Below are positions 39,201 to 50,071 of a stretch of 64,000 bases of DNA, piece after piece. Position 1 is the first letter of the stretch, and each line of letters begins with the position of its first letter. The notes beneath the pieces are model-generated. The model was not told the DNA's origin. It was given only the letters and a program-made list of their open reading frames with translations, and did no database searches. The position numbers were made by a program, and so were the translations under genes. This DNA comes from a virus: the IMG/VR virus record IMGVR_UViG_3300020418_000005, positions 1 to 64,000 of that record; one strand, written 5' to 3'.

Positions 39201-41704
39201 CCACCCGCATCTCTAACTAAATCTCCTACACTAAATGTATTAGCTGGAAGAGAGGTGCTTGTAAATACAATCTTATCAACCTGTAAGTTAGTAACAGCAT
39301 ATACTTCTGGTTGTACAAGATCAAATGCACTTACATTTAAGACATCTCCTATTGTATAACCATTACCACCATCTACTATGGTTATTTCACTAGCAAAACC
39401 TAGAGTTCCAACAGTATACTGGAATCCAGTACCACCACCATACTCAGGTTCAAAGTTAACAACCATCGAACCAGCTAAAGTTGGTAGAATTGATATCTCT
39501 ACAGTTGTAGCATCTACAACTTGTGTAACTGTAGCTCCAGCAATAATTTCACCATTACCACTTTGTTTTACTACAACCATTCCAGCAACGATACCAGCAC
39601 TACTTGGAACTGTTAAGTAAGTTTGATTTTGATTAACAACCTTTAAATCTGCCTGACCTGGTTGTGTAGGTCCTGCAGACATCGTAAACTGTGTTGCACT
39701 GTCAACACTAGCAACAGTAACACCAGCAGGAATTTGTGCTGTGTTATTAATATTCTGAATTAACTCAACACCATCTCCTACTTCAATACCTGTTGTACTA
39801 GCAACAGTAACTTGTGGACTTCCTGCCTCAATAGTATCAACACTAATTGCAAGGTCGTTACCACCAGAACCTGGTTGAGCACCAGCAGCACCACCAAGTT
39901 GATTACCTGGTATATACAGTGTATCGCCTGGTAAGTATCCCTGACCCGCTGCAACAATGGTTACAGCATTATATGAATTATTTCCTTGTGCAAATATAAC
40001 CTCAACATTAACACGCAATCCAGAACCAGAGGAGTTTATATTTGAAACTAAAATATTGTTATATGTATTAGCACCACCCGCTGCAATACCACTATATTGT
40101 AATGCTGTTACACCAGCGTTAGAGTTGAATGTAACACCTAAAAATTCGAGTTCTCCTCTAGCATATGTTGAAACATTATTGACTGCAGTAGCAAGACTTA
40201 ATATTTCACCAGTTTGATATCCACTACCAAATGCAGATATCTGATCCAGTGCAGCAATCGCACCAAAGTTACCACCAAGAGTAATCTGTAAACCAGAACC
40301 TAATGTTGCAGCATCTGCACCGTTTACATCATATAAATCTGCAGCAGCAATGCTAATTACATCACCTACTGCATAACTCCCATCGCCAGGTGCGTTAACA
40401 ATAAACTCAGATACTGTACCACCAATAGTATCAACAACTAATTGGAATCCTGCCTGTTGTGAATTTGGATCAGTAAGAGTTAATGCACCACCTTGATTAG
40501 GGTGAACACTACATCCATAATATACAGTTAAATTATTAGGATTACTAGGGACTGCAAATGTTATTGTTTTTGTTGCCGCAGCAAAATAACCAGCAAGAAA
40601 GTTTGCTCCAGTTACAGTAACACCATCTAGTTCATATGTAACACCATCTGCAGCATCTAGAATAGTACTAGAATCATCTTGTACAGTGGATATAAAAGCT
40701 GGGTGTTGATTGTTTGTACTATCATCAAGATTGAAGACGTATGTTTTTCCTTTTAATAAGTTAAAATCTCCACCTTCAAATCCATCTATGAAATATTTGT
40801 TACCTAAAGAAGATTTAACTATAAATGTTTGTGTTCCTGCAAGAGGAATAGATCCTGTTAATACATCTCCTACTGTATAATTTGATGTTACAGATACAAA
40901 TTCACTACTATCAACTCCTCCAAATGGTTGTACACCACCATTCTGTACGTTGAGGTTAACCAACATACCAGTTCCATTACCACCTGTTAATGGAATACTC
41001 TTCCATATACCACTAGGATAGTTTGAACCAGACGTAACAGTAGCAGCAAAGGCAGATACAACCACATCAGCAGTCATCTGTGTACCACTACCACCTGTTA
41101 CATTGAGGTTTGTATATGAACCAGGAAAGTAGTTAATACCACCGTTTGTAATTGCACCCGATATCTGATCAACAGTAAAGTCAATAGTAGCACCAGTACC
41201 ACTACCACTACTAATAACAGGAATGTTTAAATAAACGCCAGGTGTATATCCACTACCTGGTTGAGTTATACTTCCACCAAATCCATCTATTGTTACACCT
41301 ACAGTTGCACCATCACCAGTACCACCTATAGCAGGGATTGCTGTATAAGTTCCTCCATCATAGTTAGAACCAGCATCTGTAAGTGAAATACCTAATGTAT
41401 CAAGACTGTTTTTCTCAATTACAAAGTCTCTATAATATTTGACACTTGCAGCAGCAAGATCTGATAATTTCTTTCCTGCACTAGCAAAACCTAGTATACC
41501 TGTACCATTACGGTATATTCCAAGCGAGACATCATTTACAAATGCTAAACTAGGAGCAGATACTAAACCATCTCCTAGTTTTAAGTTACCTGTTGAAAGG
41601 TCAGAACCTCCAGCAGTAACTGTAAATATTTGATTTCCTATTTCGTTTATCTTGACCCTTTGCTGTTCAAAGGTGTCAGTACGTGCTACATTAACTGCTG
41701 GCAT
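36203..41704 (-). CDS. Large virion structural/fibre-like protein (1833 aa)
   Basis: TDTFEQQRVKIN N-terminus, GSGY/GGTG repeats and a duplicated GTTAER..IRYNT..YEGY..W.SLGGV module. Confidence 0.8.
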   Translation of the reverse strand: MPAVNVARTDTFEQQRVKINEIGNQIFTVTAGGSDLSTGNLKLGDGLVSAPSLAFVNDVSLGIYRNGTGILGFASAGKKLSDLAAASVKYYRDFVIEKNSLDTLGISLTDAGSNYDGGTYTAIPAIGGTGDGATVGVTIDGFGGSITQPGSGYTPGVYLNIPVISSGSGTGATIDFTVDQISGAITNGGINYFPGSYTNLNVTGGSGTQMTADVVVSAFAATVTSGSNYPSGIWKSIPLTGGNGTGMLVNLNVQNGGVQPFGGVDSSEFVSVTSNYTVGDVLTGSIPLAGTQTFIVKSSLGNKYFIDGFEGGDFNLLKGKTYVFNLDDSTNNQHPAFISTVQDDSSTILDAADGVTYELDGVTVTGANFLAGYFAAATKTITFAVPSNPNNLTVYYGCSVHPNQGGALTLTDPNSQQAGFQLVVDTIGGTVSEFIVNAPGDGSYAVGDVISIAAADLYDVNGADAATLGSGLQITLGGNFGAIAALDQISAFGSGYQTGEILSLATAVNNVSTYARGELEFLGVTFNSNAGVTALQYSGIAAGGANTYNNILVSNINSSGSGLRVNVEVIFAQGNNSYNAVTIVAAGQGYLPGDTLYIPGNQLGGAAGAQPGSGGNDLAISVDTIEAGSPQVTVASTTGIEVGDGVELIQNINNTAQIPAGVTVASVDSATQFTMSAGPTQPGQADLKVVNQNQTYLTVPSSAGIVAGMVVVKQSGNGEIIAGATVTQVVDATTVEISILPTLAGSMVVNFEPEYGGGTGFQYTVGTLGFASEITIVDGGNGYTIGDVLNVSAFDLVQPEVYAVTNLQVDKIVFTSTSLPANTFSVGDLVRDAGGGILASTIASSTTVAGGANQTYTAVAPSQTSGNGSSATFDVTRDAVGDVLSATVTTGSEGYFYAVNDTVTLPGASVGGATPADNITLTISSITSAGTPVKVQKVKTNANNNISYIVCDTFGFQDGFTLVKDSAPTVAYNINTAVTEYRYFIDLNDGNGAVMTPSWTVYAGNSYTFDLSDNSNGSHVFALSQFPDGRWAPSRVENVSTTLSANTPTITVASTTGIQAGFAVEKVSGDGIIPDGTTVLSVVNGTTLTLSANPTTAGAVVFNFFGATYTNGVTVDGTNHTIKIADDTPNLYYFCATENADHINEGGDDGDEAVMTVSTNNPKTFGSGLEITVTDVVVEEVVKGKVDDGEFSVQKLVSPDADITAALIANATVSATATLAATVTSSITAASNENLSLAVTDPLTNSLVVDAAGLNIGSTIQISATSGNITGTGEIKGDAVAVGDYLKLLSSNNSLSSLGGYDVLVVPDTGRIADVLTNTAIAIPVGNTAERPTAGIVKDGCIRYNTDTNQYEGYSTNSLSWSSLGGVRDLDGNTTILAEETVGANDNTLWFINDNINTIRVTPNHLEFVNMKKMRSVNVSAPAYVDWNANTPVTLGQYVKYKNNLYEVTGAGTTATSGNEPVHTSGALQNGSAELTYSQLAVAPLTFEDIEELRIGPLGDLPLSINGDLRLFDNVINTDISDLLLRPNSGKRVIVDAPTSLVIPNGTTAERGTAEQGSIRYNTTTLTYEGYDGTNWGSLGGVKDVDQNTYIIPETAPGANENTLYFYNDGSNTMQLTTTALDFYSVDTIRSLTSQQFEITANLMTFNNAETTFDNTNTLSTFLHTSKQYFDLGVSTGVYVDPILRLDDQGDVYLNTGFGTGNYNGVKVFDGDLKEFELADVKILSETITLTKGSSNNGGSNIYEVATAKGAKVVVVAENLQDGEKEFIEFGVTDDGTDVFHTEYGNLRTDYQLIVPSFEFTAGNEARLNIVLGANVPATNSVKITFSSTITKK

Positions 41705-41897
41705 TTTGGATTAACTCTCTTAATAAGGACTTAAGTTCAGAGACTTCATTCTTCAACTTATTTATGTCATCCAATGCGGAACTCAGTTGTTTTGATTTGC
41801 GTCTAGACTCTATGGCAGAATCATCGACATTGATGATAGCACCAGTGTTTTGGTCTCTTACTAGACCATCATGTCCAGAAACTTTCACAAATTTCAT
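41691..41897 (-). CDS. Small conserved protein with a C-terminal coiled coil
   Basis: KVSGHDGLVRDQNTGAIIN motif plus heptad repeats; immediately downstream of the VrlC-like gene. Confidence 0.75.
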   Translation of the reverse strand: MKFVKVSGHDGLVRDQNTGAIINVDDSAIESRRKSKQLSSALDDINKLKNEVSELKSLLRELIQNASS

Positions 41898-41906
41898 ATG
41901 CGGAAA

Positions 41907-44900
41907 TTAGAATGCAGCGACTGCTCTTATATCTTGAACTTTAGGAACGTAGGAGGGATCTACTCCTTTCATTACAACCTTGATAGCGAATGATGAATAT
42001 TCTGGTAAATTAGAAGCACTATATTTTAAATCTTGATAAGAAGATTGTTTCTCTACAATACCTGATATAGTATTCTCACTTGTTGCTATATCAAAGACAT
42101 CTGGTTCTCCTGATGTATTGAAATATATCCAATCAATATCTTCAAAGTTCTCTTGACTAGAAGCTTTCTTAAATTTATAGAATACTTGAAGATCACTAAT
42201 ATCTCTAACATTTGCTAATAGATGTACATCAATAGCAGTTGCAGGACTTTGTATAGTAACTTCTTTAGTTACATACTTAGCAATAGCAGAACCATTTTTA
42301 GATGTATCCTCAGCAACAAAGTCCAATCCATCTGTATATAATACCTTTCCAACCTCAAGATATGCATTCTCTTCATCTGGTTGAGTAGGATATTTAATAA
42401 AGTCCCCTACACGGAATATATCAGGAAGTTGATCTCCAGTTACTGCATTTCTATTATAAAGAGCACTGTCTATAATTCTATCAGTAAAACTATCATTGAT
42501 AGGATTTACATCAACTCTTAATGTTAACTGCTGTGTTTGAGTATTCCAAATAGTTGCTTTACCAGTAATGACGTTATCATAAGTTTCATTCAATATGTTT
42601 GGATTACGTGCAACAATAGTAGATGCATCAGCGATAGTTGCAAATACTTGTGATGGATTTGAATCTACAGTAACACTTGTAAGATCTAATTGATTTCCTA
42701 ATGTTACTGTTTCTCCTTTCTTGAAGAATTGACTTGTTTTAACTCTAACATATACAACACTACCATTAACTCTTGCAATAGTACCAGTTGTTTTTGTAGT
42801 TAAACCTTTAATTGTTTGATCTGCTTGTAATTGTGTTGCACCATTACCAGCAAGATTAAATTGATATACAGGGAAGAATTCTATAATTTGATCTCTTCTA
42901 CCAAATCTATCTTCTTGTCCAGTAGCATTTTCAATTCTATTGCTTACTGTTTTGACAGTAGCACTTGACAAGTCTATTGCTGGACTTAAATGAGACACAT
43001 TAGACGATAAAGTCATTTTATATGTAAGTGACTGACTTACACTATTCAAAGTTTCATTAATACTAGATGCAATAAATTTTTGATTAGTAAAATAGTGTGG
43101 TTCATTTAAGAATGTCTTTTCATATTCTGATTCTGAATATGAAGTATAATTTGTTGTTGTAGAATCAACAGGAATAACATTAGTTGTCTTAACACTAGTA
43201 TCTAAAGTAGTTCCAGTAAATGTTAAGTATGATACTTGTGGATATAATGTTTCATATTTTCTATTGAAAGAAGCATACACAAAATCTCCACCTCCAACAG
43301 AGTTGCCAGCAGCTTGAGAACTTGATTGTATGTTATATGTGTCAACACCAGAATTACTTACTTGGAATAGTGTGCTATTTAAAATAGATGCAGTCACACC
43401 ACCAATTTCTGATGCACTTCTATAAAATACATATGACTTACCACTATCTTCAAATCCATGATCTCTATGAGATACTTTAACGATAGAGTTATTATTTTTG
43501 AATAGTTTAGAAGTAGAATTTGTATTTGCACTTGCATTAGTTTCAAATGGATTACTCTCTAACAATTCATATCCAAGACTTTCATTCTTAATTAAAAGTT
43601 CTGCTGGTCTAGATGTATTAAACTCTGCACGATACATTGTGAATTTAAGATCCTCAAATATATCCTCTGTCCAACTCTCAGTGTTTTGTGATCGGTAAAC
43701 CGAACCTAGTGAAGGTTGGGTTGTAATGACCGTACTTGTTGCTATGTCGGTTTCCCCTAACTTAGATGACCATAATTCATAGTCAATAGAATCTGTCTCA
43801 ATTACGAGAGCATATTCTGTATCATTTTGTAGATACACTGGATAATCAAATCCAAAATGTGTAGGAGTTGTTGATTGTGTAACACCCTCTGTATCAACCG
43901 CTACACCCATTCTAACTGCTGGTGTATCTATTTCTATAAAGGTTTCTATTTCACACCCTCCAGCACCATTTCCGACACCTTTCACAACAACTGATGGTGC
44001 TTCTGTATATCCAAATCCACTAAGTGCTATTTCAGCATTGTAAATTTTACCACCAGATACTTCAATACTTGCTGTAGCAGTAGATCCACCAGGTAATTGT
44101 GGACTTTCTATTGTTAGAATTGCACTGTCATAATTTTGACCAGGATTTGTAACTCTAATATCAGATAACTTACCACTATCCTTTGCAATAGCAAGAACAA
44201 AATCTGTACCGTCAGTTGCATTAGCAAGAGTTACAGATGGAATAATTAGATCTTCGTTTGGTAAGAATGATTTACCATTATGATTACTTAGAACAACAGT
44301 ATAACACTGTTCATTAGTGAGACTATATTTACCAGAGGCAGTAGCAACTAACTCTACATTATTTTTATCAAATACTTTAAGTATAGGACCTGATGCAGTA
44401 GAAGATGCACCAGTAACACTTTCATTTTTGTAAATTGCCATGTTACCACTAGCAAAACACTTAAGGAAAGTATTTGGTGTTAATGTTTTTTCACTGCCAG
44501 GTACAATATTTTTTGCTGGTTTTTCAGCATCTACATTTGTGATGTATGTTTTTACTGGTATGGTTGCACTTTTCTTATTAAAGTAAAGATCAACACCAGT
44601 TATAAAACAACCACCATCTAAGTTTTCTATCTTAAATGTTTGTGCAAGAGGATTAGGTCTTACAGGATTATCAGTATTACTTTCAATTAACTGTACACCC
44701 TCGTTAGATTTAAAGATAGATGGTTTTGTAGATACAATACTAGAAGGATTTTCTGGAAGAATACCAGTAGCATAGTACTTAACTTCTGTATAACTATCAA
44801 CATCTGTTTTTAATGCATTAGTAGCACTAGATGTAAATCTAAATGTTAAAGTTCCAACAGTAAAGTTTAATTCTTCTGCTGATGAATCATATCCAACAGT

Positions 44901-47900
44901 ATCAATATCTCCACCCCATATAGCATTTTCATTAGGAGGCGATCCTGCTGGTAAAATAATTAAACCAGATGCGTTACCATATTCATCTGTAGTTATAGGA
45001 CCGTTGAATGCTGATAGAGAGTTTCCTGCAATACCAGTATATCTAAGATCAGGATTAACCCAACGACTAATATCTCTACCCTCTAAGAAAACATATAGTC
45101 TTGTATTAGGTTTCATTCTACCAACCTTAAATTTGATAGGTTTACTTCTTGCAAAGAATGATAGAGATGTTGAAACTATATTATCACCAACAGTTTTAGT
45201 TTGTAATCCTTTACCAACTTCGTTATTTGATGGACTAATATTGGAAGAACTTCCAACTGAAGCACTTTGTACAGATGTATTAGCAACTTGTGTATTAACT
45301 TCTCCTAATGAATTAATTGCAGTAAAGGAAGATGATGCACCTACCCAGTTAATAACAAATGAATTATGTAAACTAGAGAAACTTTCTTTTACACTTTCTT
45401 TTGCCAAGAATATATTGAATAGATCTGTATTTGTATCTACAACAACTGGTTCTATACTATCGTCATACCATTGATCAATTGATGGAGACACATCACCATC
45501 ACCAACATATTGTAAAACAACAAATGGGTTTGGATTTACTGTAGCAGAAGCAAAACTATTTCCTAATAAAGATAGTGGAGAATATGGTAATGTCACCATA
45601 TGTCCTGTTTTCTTATATCCAGATACTGCTCTTTGATCTTCTCTTGTATTAACCTCTACCAATCCTACAGAATCTTCTTTAGATTGTGGACGTAAAACAG
45701 ATTGTTGAGCATCAATAGCACAACGATAATCTAATGATCTAAGACTACCAACTTTATGTGCTTCAAAATTATCTACAAAGAATCCAGACTTAAATCTGTC
45801 TAGACCAATCTCATCCTTAACTTGCATGTTAAGTGCTTGCTGTTCTAGTATGCTAAGTGTGGTGTAGTATTCTAATCTTTCAATACGCTTCTCTAATTTA
45901 CCAATGTCACGCATTGTGTAACGACGATTGTCTACAGGAGTAATTCTTACATCTTTACTTGTCTTAGTAAATGCAGGAATATATGCGTAGAATAAGGGTA
46001 CAGCATCTTCTAATGTATCTGGTTTGGTTGGATTGAGTGATGAGTTACCTTCTTTAACTATAAACTGACCTTTCTTATCTAAGAATATACCATCAATACG
46101 ATCTAAGTATTGTACTTGACTGAATGAGAATGTGTATTCTAAATTTCTATCGGGAGCAGGACTACTAGAAACTATAGCACCAGCACCAGAGAAAGATCCA
46201 GTTGTTACTTCTAAAGTAGAAGTATCAAGAAAACCAGGTATAATAGTGGAACTATCAACTTTAGGTCTGAAGTCTATTACATTTTTTAATTCTACAATAC
46301 CAAGAACAGATGAATCAAATGTTGGAATCTCATCTTCTGCGACTCCTGCTTCATGTAGATAACTATCAATAGTACAGAAATCACCTTGTGAATGTTCAAA
46401 GTAATCAAATGATATAACAAGTTGACCTGTAGTCTCTTCAAAACCAGGTTTTAAAACTATTCTAGAAACATCGTAAATTGTATCTCTTTGTCCATCATCA
46501 AATGTATATCTAGATGTTACATCAGTACCAGAAATTATATTACCAGCAGTGTCAATCTCAGGAGGTTGTGATGATGTTCCTTCATATATGTAATTTAATT
46601 TAAACGCATCTGCATAAGATAAAATTTCTACAACCTCTGTGTCATAATCTGTACCTCTTAATGGCACAACACGATCACCAGCAGATGTAACTGTAATTCT
46701 TTTGTTTCTAACTACAGTTTTAAGTCTTGGTTTTGCATTAGATACTTCTAAAGTTGCAGTCAACTTAAGTTTAGGGAATGTTCCGTTTGTAGGAATAGTA
46801 CCAAAGTATGTTGTTGGTAAACTTAAACTAATACTACCAGATGTAAGACCACTAGCAGTATCAGTAGCAGATGAGATACTTACAGAATCTTCACTAACAT
46901 ATACAATGTCACCTTCAATAATGTCAGGTGCATCGCCAGGATCTAAAACAGTAATAATATAATTCTCTTCACTAAATGCAGCAAATCTCTGTGTACCAAA
47001 TGGTAACTGTGCAGCAAATGTAATTGTACCACCACCTGTAGTTGCAGTAGTCACAAAATCTCTACGGAAATAATATTTAATCTTAGTGTCATTTCCACCA
47101 GCAGAAATTTTAGATACTTGTTTACTACCAGTTGAGTATAGTAATGTGCCACTTGTAGAATTGTCTACCTTTGGACGTAATCTAACAATACTTGCATTAG
47201 TGACTGCAGCGGGTAAAGCTGTATCTAGATAAATTCTAGATTTGTATGACCCTTCCTGTTGTGTAGCATACTGTACAATTGCTCTAACAAGATTATTGTT
47301 ATCATCAGAGAATTGTACAAGATCACCTTGTTGTACTTCTGTTGATGCATCTGCACTAAAACTTGTTGATTCAATAAATGTAGATCCTACTGAACCAAAA
47401 AATGAGTAGTCGGTTACAGTTTTAATTTCAGAGTATAGTTGACTATCAACAACAACGTCTGCCGAAAAAGTGTTTGCATTACCAGAACCATAAGAACAAC
47501 CTATAGATTTTACATTTTGAGGTGTATATGTTGTTACTGTATCTCTGTATAATACTACTTCAAGATTAGCTGCAGCAGAAGGATTAGCTGCTCCATCAGG
47601 ATTTATTGCAGATACAGCAGGAGGTTGTGCATATTCTATGTTTACAGCAGATCTATTACCAATAGCTGCTTTATAAATTTTACCATCTGTAGTTCTAGAT
47701 AATACAATTTTAGAACTATCAAATTCAAGACCATTAATTAATAAAGAACAACCTTCAGCATAACCTAATCCCCTATCTTGTACAACAAAATGTGATATTG
47801 TATTTTCTCTTGCAATTCTTACAGTGCTACCACTTTCATCTCTAATTGTTTCACCAGGTAAGAATCTACCAGATAGAGTTTTTACATATAGTAGTACACC

Positions 47901-50012
47901 TGTACTATAAACACCAGATGCAGTACCTTCTACAACACCATATGCACCACTGTTAATACCAAATACATACTTACCTTCATCAAATGCACCAGTGCCACTA
48001 GGAACTGACTCTAAAACTATTTTAGTAAAGAACTGTGGGTCAAAGTATGAAAATCCAAATGTTGTATTGTATGCACTAGTTCCTGCAGCAAGACGACCTT
48101 TAGATATCACAATGTCTGAATCTGAATTAAAACCAGATCCTCTTTGCTTTAAGAAGAAATTATTTGGTTTTACTTTACCAATTACAGGTGTGATAGTAGG
48201 AGAGTAATCTACAATAAATCCAAATTCATCTCCAGAGTTGTTAGTTTGAGCGTCTGCTTCAGTCAAAAATATTTTTCTATTAAATTCACCATCAGATAAA
48301 TCATATTCTAATAATAACTGTTCTAATTCATTCTTAGGACCATATACTGTGAGTTCTAAAAACTTAATGTTTGTCGATGAATTAACAAGTGGTTTATTTG
48401 TTTTGGCAAAAGATAATGTTTTAAAAGAACCAATTGCTGTTGGAGTGCCAACATCACTTCTTGTCTTGATATAATACAGAGTTCCAAATGTAGTTTGGAA
48501 ATTTGCATCTGTTACAGAACCTATAAGTGTAGTTGTGTTGGTTATCTGAAGTGTGATAGTTTTGATACCATCATCAGGAGTAAAGTTAATACCTCTTCTA
48601 CTAATTGTCTGTCTATGATCTGTAGATAATTCTGTATTGTTCAATCCCACAGAACCATCGTTAAATGTGCTGTATAAAAACACATCAGGATATGCAGTAA
48701 GATCGGATCCCTCTTTGTTTAAAGGAACACTACCAAATACATTAGTTACACTGAATGATGGAAGACCTTTAGATTTTAAATTTACATTGTCAGTAGAAAG
48801 ACTTTCTCTTGCCTTATTAATCTCAAGATACTTAGTTTCCTTATTAACTATCTCATAACCCTTGATGTATGCTTTACCTGGTCCTATGCTTGCAACCATT
48901 TTTTTAGCAGACTCAGATGCGTTATATCCGTTATACAAACCAAAAGCATCTAAGGCATATAAACCTCTATTACCATCTTTCTGTGCCCATTCTCGAACAT
49001 CCACTGAGAAATTATCTACAACATAATCTCCAGATTCATCAAATGTTCTACGAGCAAGTGTTTGTTCTAATACACTGAAATCTGTTGATTCAATTTTTCT
49101 CTGGATTACTCCTCTTGATACTGTAAGAAGTTGTATAAAATTCTTATCAGTAATTGCATTAAGAGCAAATTCTTTTAATACTAAGGATATTTTTAATCTA
49201 TGTCCGCCAGGTGCAGTATAGTTAGAAGAACCTATTGCATTGTCATATAAAGATGCATCTTCTTCTGGAGTTACAATTTCTTCTTTAATTGTAAAACCAA
49301 CTTTAGCAGATGGTAGATCAAAGTATTCATCTATAACTAATAGTTCTGAATCACAACGAACAAAATAACCATTAACAAAGTAAATACCTTCTTCTACCTT
49401 AACAGCAGAACCAAATCCCATGGCAGGACTTTCTAATGAAGTTACCTCACCTGAGTCAGGATCAGTTATTTTAATACTAGTCGGTAGAACACTACCATCT
49501 GTACCTACAACGAGTAAAGGAGTATTGACACCATCAACTACCTCTAGAGTCTCACCTTGTCTAAATGTAGTCTCAGTGTTAGACGAACCACTATTGACGT
49601 AATTTACAAACAAAGTATCTGCTGTGCTTTCTGTTGCCAGTTTCGTAGAAACTATTCTTCCCTTGACACCAGAAGTTAACCCAATAAGTTCTTCACCAAC
49701 TAATTGAGTTATATCGTATTTTTTATAAACAATATTGTTACTACCATCGTTTACTGCAACTTCTGAAACAGATGATAGTTTTACGTAATCTAATTTTGTG
49801 TTAAGTCCTACTTCACCAGGAATAACAAGTTCGCCTTGCTTAAAGGCATATTTTCCAAAGCTCTCTACTTGGTTTTGAAGAATTGATTGAACCTGTGTTA
49901 GTTCTCTACCTTGGATAGAATAGCCAGGTCTGAAAAGAATCTTATAAAAATTCTTTTTCGCATCAAAATCTTCGTAATATGGGCTTACGTTTAGGTTCGT
50001 CTTTTGAGGCAT
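41907..50012 (-). CDS. vrlC: VrlC-like / DUF4815 virion structural protein (2701 aa)
   Basis: NLNVSPYYEDFD..ILFRPG..QGRELTQVQSILQNQ, LARRTFDESGDY, YTMRDIGKLEKRIERLEYYT and PLAQTF motifs. Confidence 0.85.
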   Translation of the reverse strand: MPQKTNLNVSPYYEDFDAKKNFYKILFRPGYSIQGRELTQVQSILQNQVESFGKYAFKQGELVIPGEVGLNTKLDYVKLSSVSEVAVNDGSNNIVYKKYDITQLVGEELIGLTSGVKGRIVSTKLATESTADTLFVNYVNSGSSNTETTFRQGETLEVVDGVNTPLLVVGTDGSVLPTSIKITDPDSGEVTSLESPAMGFGSAVKVEEGIYFVNGYFVRCDSELLVIDEYFDLPSAKVGFTIKEEIVTPEEDASLYDNAIGSSNYTAPGGHRLKISLVLKEFALNAITDKNFIQLLTVSRGVIQRKIESTDFSVLEQTLARRTFDESGDYVVDNFSVDVREWAQKDGNRGLYALDAFGLYNGYNASESAKKMVASIGPGKAYIKGYEIVNKETKYLEINKARESLSTDNVNLKSKGLPSFSVTNVFGSVPLNKEGSDLTAYPDVFLYSTFNDGSVGLNNTELSTDHRQTISRRGINFTPDDGIKTITLQITNTTTLIGSVTDANFQTTFGTLYYIKTRSDVGTPTAIGSFKTLSFAKTNKPLVNSSTNIKFLELTVYGPKNELEQLLLEYDLSDGEFNRKIFLTEADAQTNNSGDEFGFIVDYSPTITPVIGKVKPNNFFLKQRGSGFNSDSDIVISKGRLAAGTSAYNTTFGFSYFDPQFFTKIVLESVPSGTGAFDEGKYVFGINSGAYGVVEGTASGVYSTGVLLYVKTLSGRFLPGETIRDESGSTVRIARENTISHFVVQDRGLGYAEGCSLLINGLEFDSSKIVLSRTTDGKIYKAAIGNRSAVNIEYAQPPAVSAINPDGAANPSAAANLEVVLYRDTVTTYTPQNVKSIGCSYGSGNANTFSADVVVDSQLYSEIKTVTDYSFFGSVGSTFIESTSFSADASTEVQQGDLVQFSDDNNNLVRAIVQYATQQEGSYKSRIYLDTALPAAVTNASIVRLRPKVDNSTSGTLLYSTGSKQVSKISAGGNDTKIKYYFRRDFVTTATTGGGTITFAAQLPFGTQRFAAFSEENYIITVLDPGDAPDIIEGDIVYVSEDSVSISSATDTASGLTSGSISLSLPTTYFGTIPTNGTFPKLKLTATLEVSNAKPRLKTVVRNKRITVTSAGDRVVPLRGTDYDTEVVEILSYADAFKLNYIYEGTSSQPPEIDTAGNIISGTDVTSRYTFDDGQRDTIYDVSRIVLKPGFEETTGQLVISFDYFEHSQGDFCTIDSYLHEAGVAEDEIPTFDSSVLGIVELKNVIDFRPKVDSSTIIPGFLDTSTLEVTTGSFSGAGAIVSSSPAPDRNLEYTFSFSQVQYLDRIDGIFLDKKGQFIVKEGNSSLNPTKPDTLEDAVPLFYAYIPAFTKTSKDVRITPVDNRRYTMRDIGKLEKRIERLEYYTTLSILEQQALNMQVKDEIGLDRFKSGFFVDNFEAHKVGSLRSLDYRCAIDAQQSVLRPQSKEDSVGLVEVNTREDQRAVSGYKKTGHMVTLPYSPLSLLGNSFASATVNPNPFVVLQYVGDGDVSPSIDQWYDDSIEPVVVDTNTDLFNIFLAKESVKESFSSLHNSFVINWVGASSSFTAINSLGEVNTQVANTSVQSASVGSSSNISPSNNEVGKGLQTKTVGDNIVSTSLSFFARSKPIKFKVGRMKPNTRLYVFLEGRDISRWVNPDLRYTGIAGNSLSAFNGPITTDEYGNASGLIILPAGSPPNENAIWGGDIDTVGYDSSAEELNFTVGTLTFRFTSSATNALKTDVDSYTEVKYYATGILPENPSSIVSTKPSIFKSNEGVQLIESNTDNPVRPNPLAQTFKIENLDGGCFITGVDLYFNKKSATIPVKTYITNVDAEKPAKNIVPGSEKTLTPNTFLKCFASGNMAIYKNESVTGASSTASGPILKVFDKNNVELVATASGKYSLTNEQCYTVVLSNHNGKSFLPNEDLIIPSVTLANATDGTDFVLAIAKDSGKLSDIRVTNPGQNYDSAILTIESPQLPGGSTATASIEVSGGKIYNAEIALSGFGYTEAPSVVVKGVGNGAGGCEIETFIEIDTPAVRMGVAVDTEGVTQSTTPTHFGFDYPVYLQNDTEYALVIETDSIDYELWSSKLGETDIATSTVITTQPSLGSVYRSQNTESWTEDIFEDLKFTMYRAEFNTSRPAELLIKNESLGYELLESNPFETNASANTNSTSKLFKNNNSIVKVSHRDHGFEDSGKSYVFYRSASEIGGVTASILNSTLFQVSNSGVDTYNIQSSSQAAGNSVGGGDFVYASFNRKYETLYPQVSYLTFTGTTLDTSVKTTNVIPVDSTTTNYTSYSESEYEKTFLNEPHYFTNQKFIASSINETLNSVSQSLTYKMTLSSNVSHLSPAIDLSSATVKTVSNRIENATGQEDRFGRRDQIIEFFPVYQFNLAGNGATQLQADQTIKGLTTKTTGTIARVNGSVVYVRVKTSQFFKKGETVTLGNQLDLTSVTVDSNPSQVFATIADASTIVARNPNILNETYDNVITGKATIWNTQTQQLTLRVDVNPINDSFTDRIIDSALYNRNAVTGDQLPDIFRVGDFIKYPTQPDEENAYLEVGKVLYTDGLDFVAEDTSKNGSAIAKYVTKEVTIQSPATAIDVHLLANVRDISDLQVFYKFKKASSQENFEDIDWIYFNTSGEPDVFDIATSENTISGIVEKQSSYQDLKYSASNLPEYSSFAIKVVMKGVDPSYVPKVQDIRAVAAF

Positions 50013-50048
50013 CTTACTCCGCCAATAATACTAGTATTCTCGTCATAT

Positions 50049-50055
50049 TATTTAG
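50049..50055 (-). promoter_or_regulatory. Late promoter CTAAATA upstream of vrlC
   Basis: Intergenic; a GGAG Shine-Dalgarno sequence precedes the ATG. Confidence 0.65.
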
Positions 50056-50071
50056 CGAAGTTTTTTAATGC

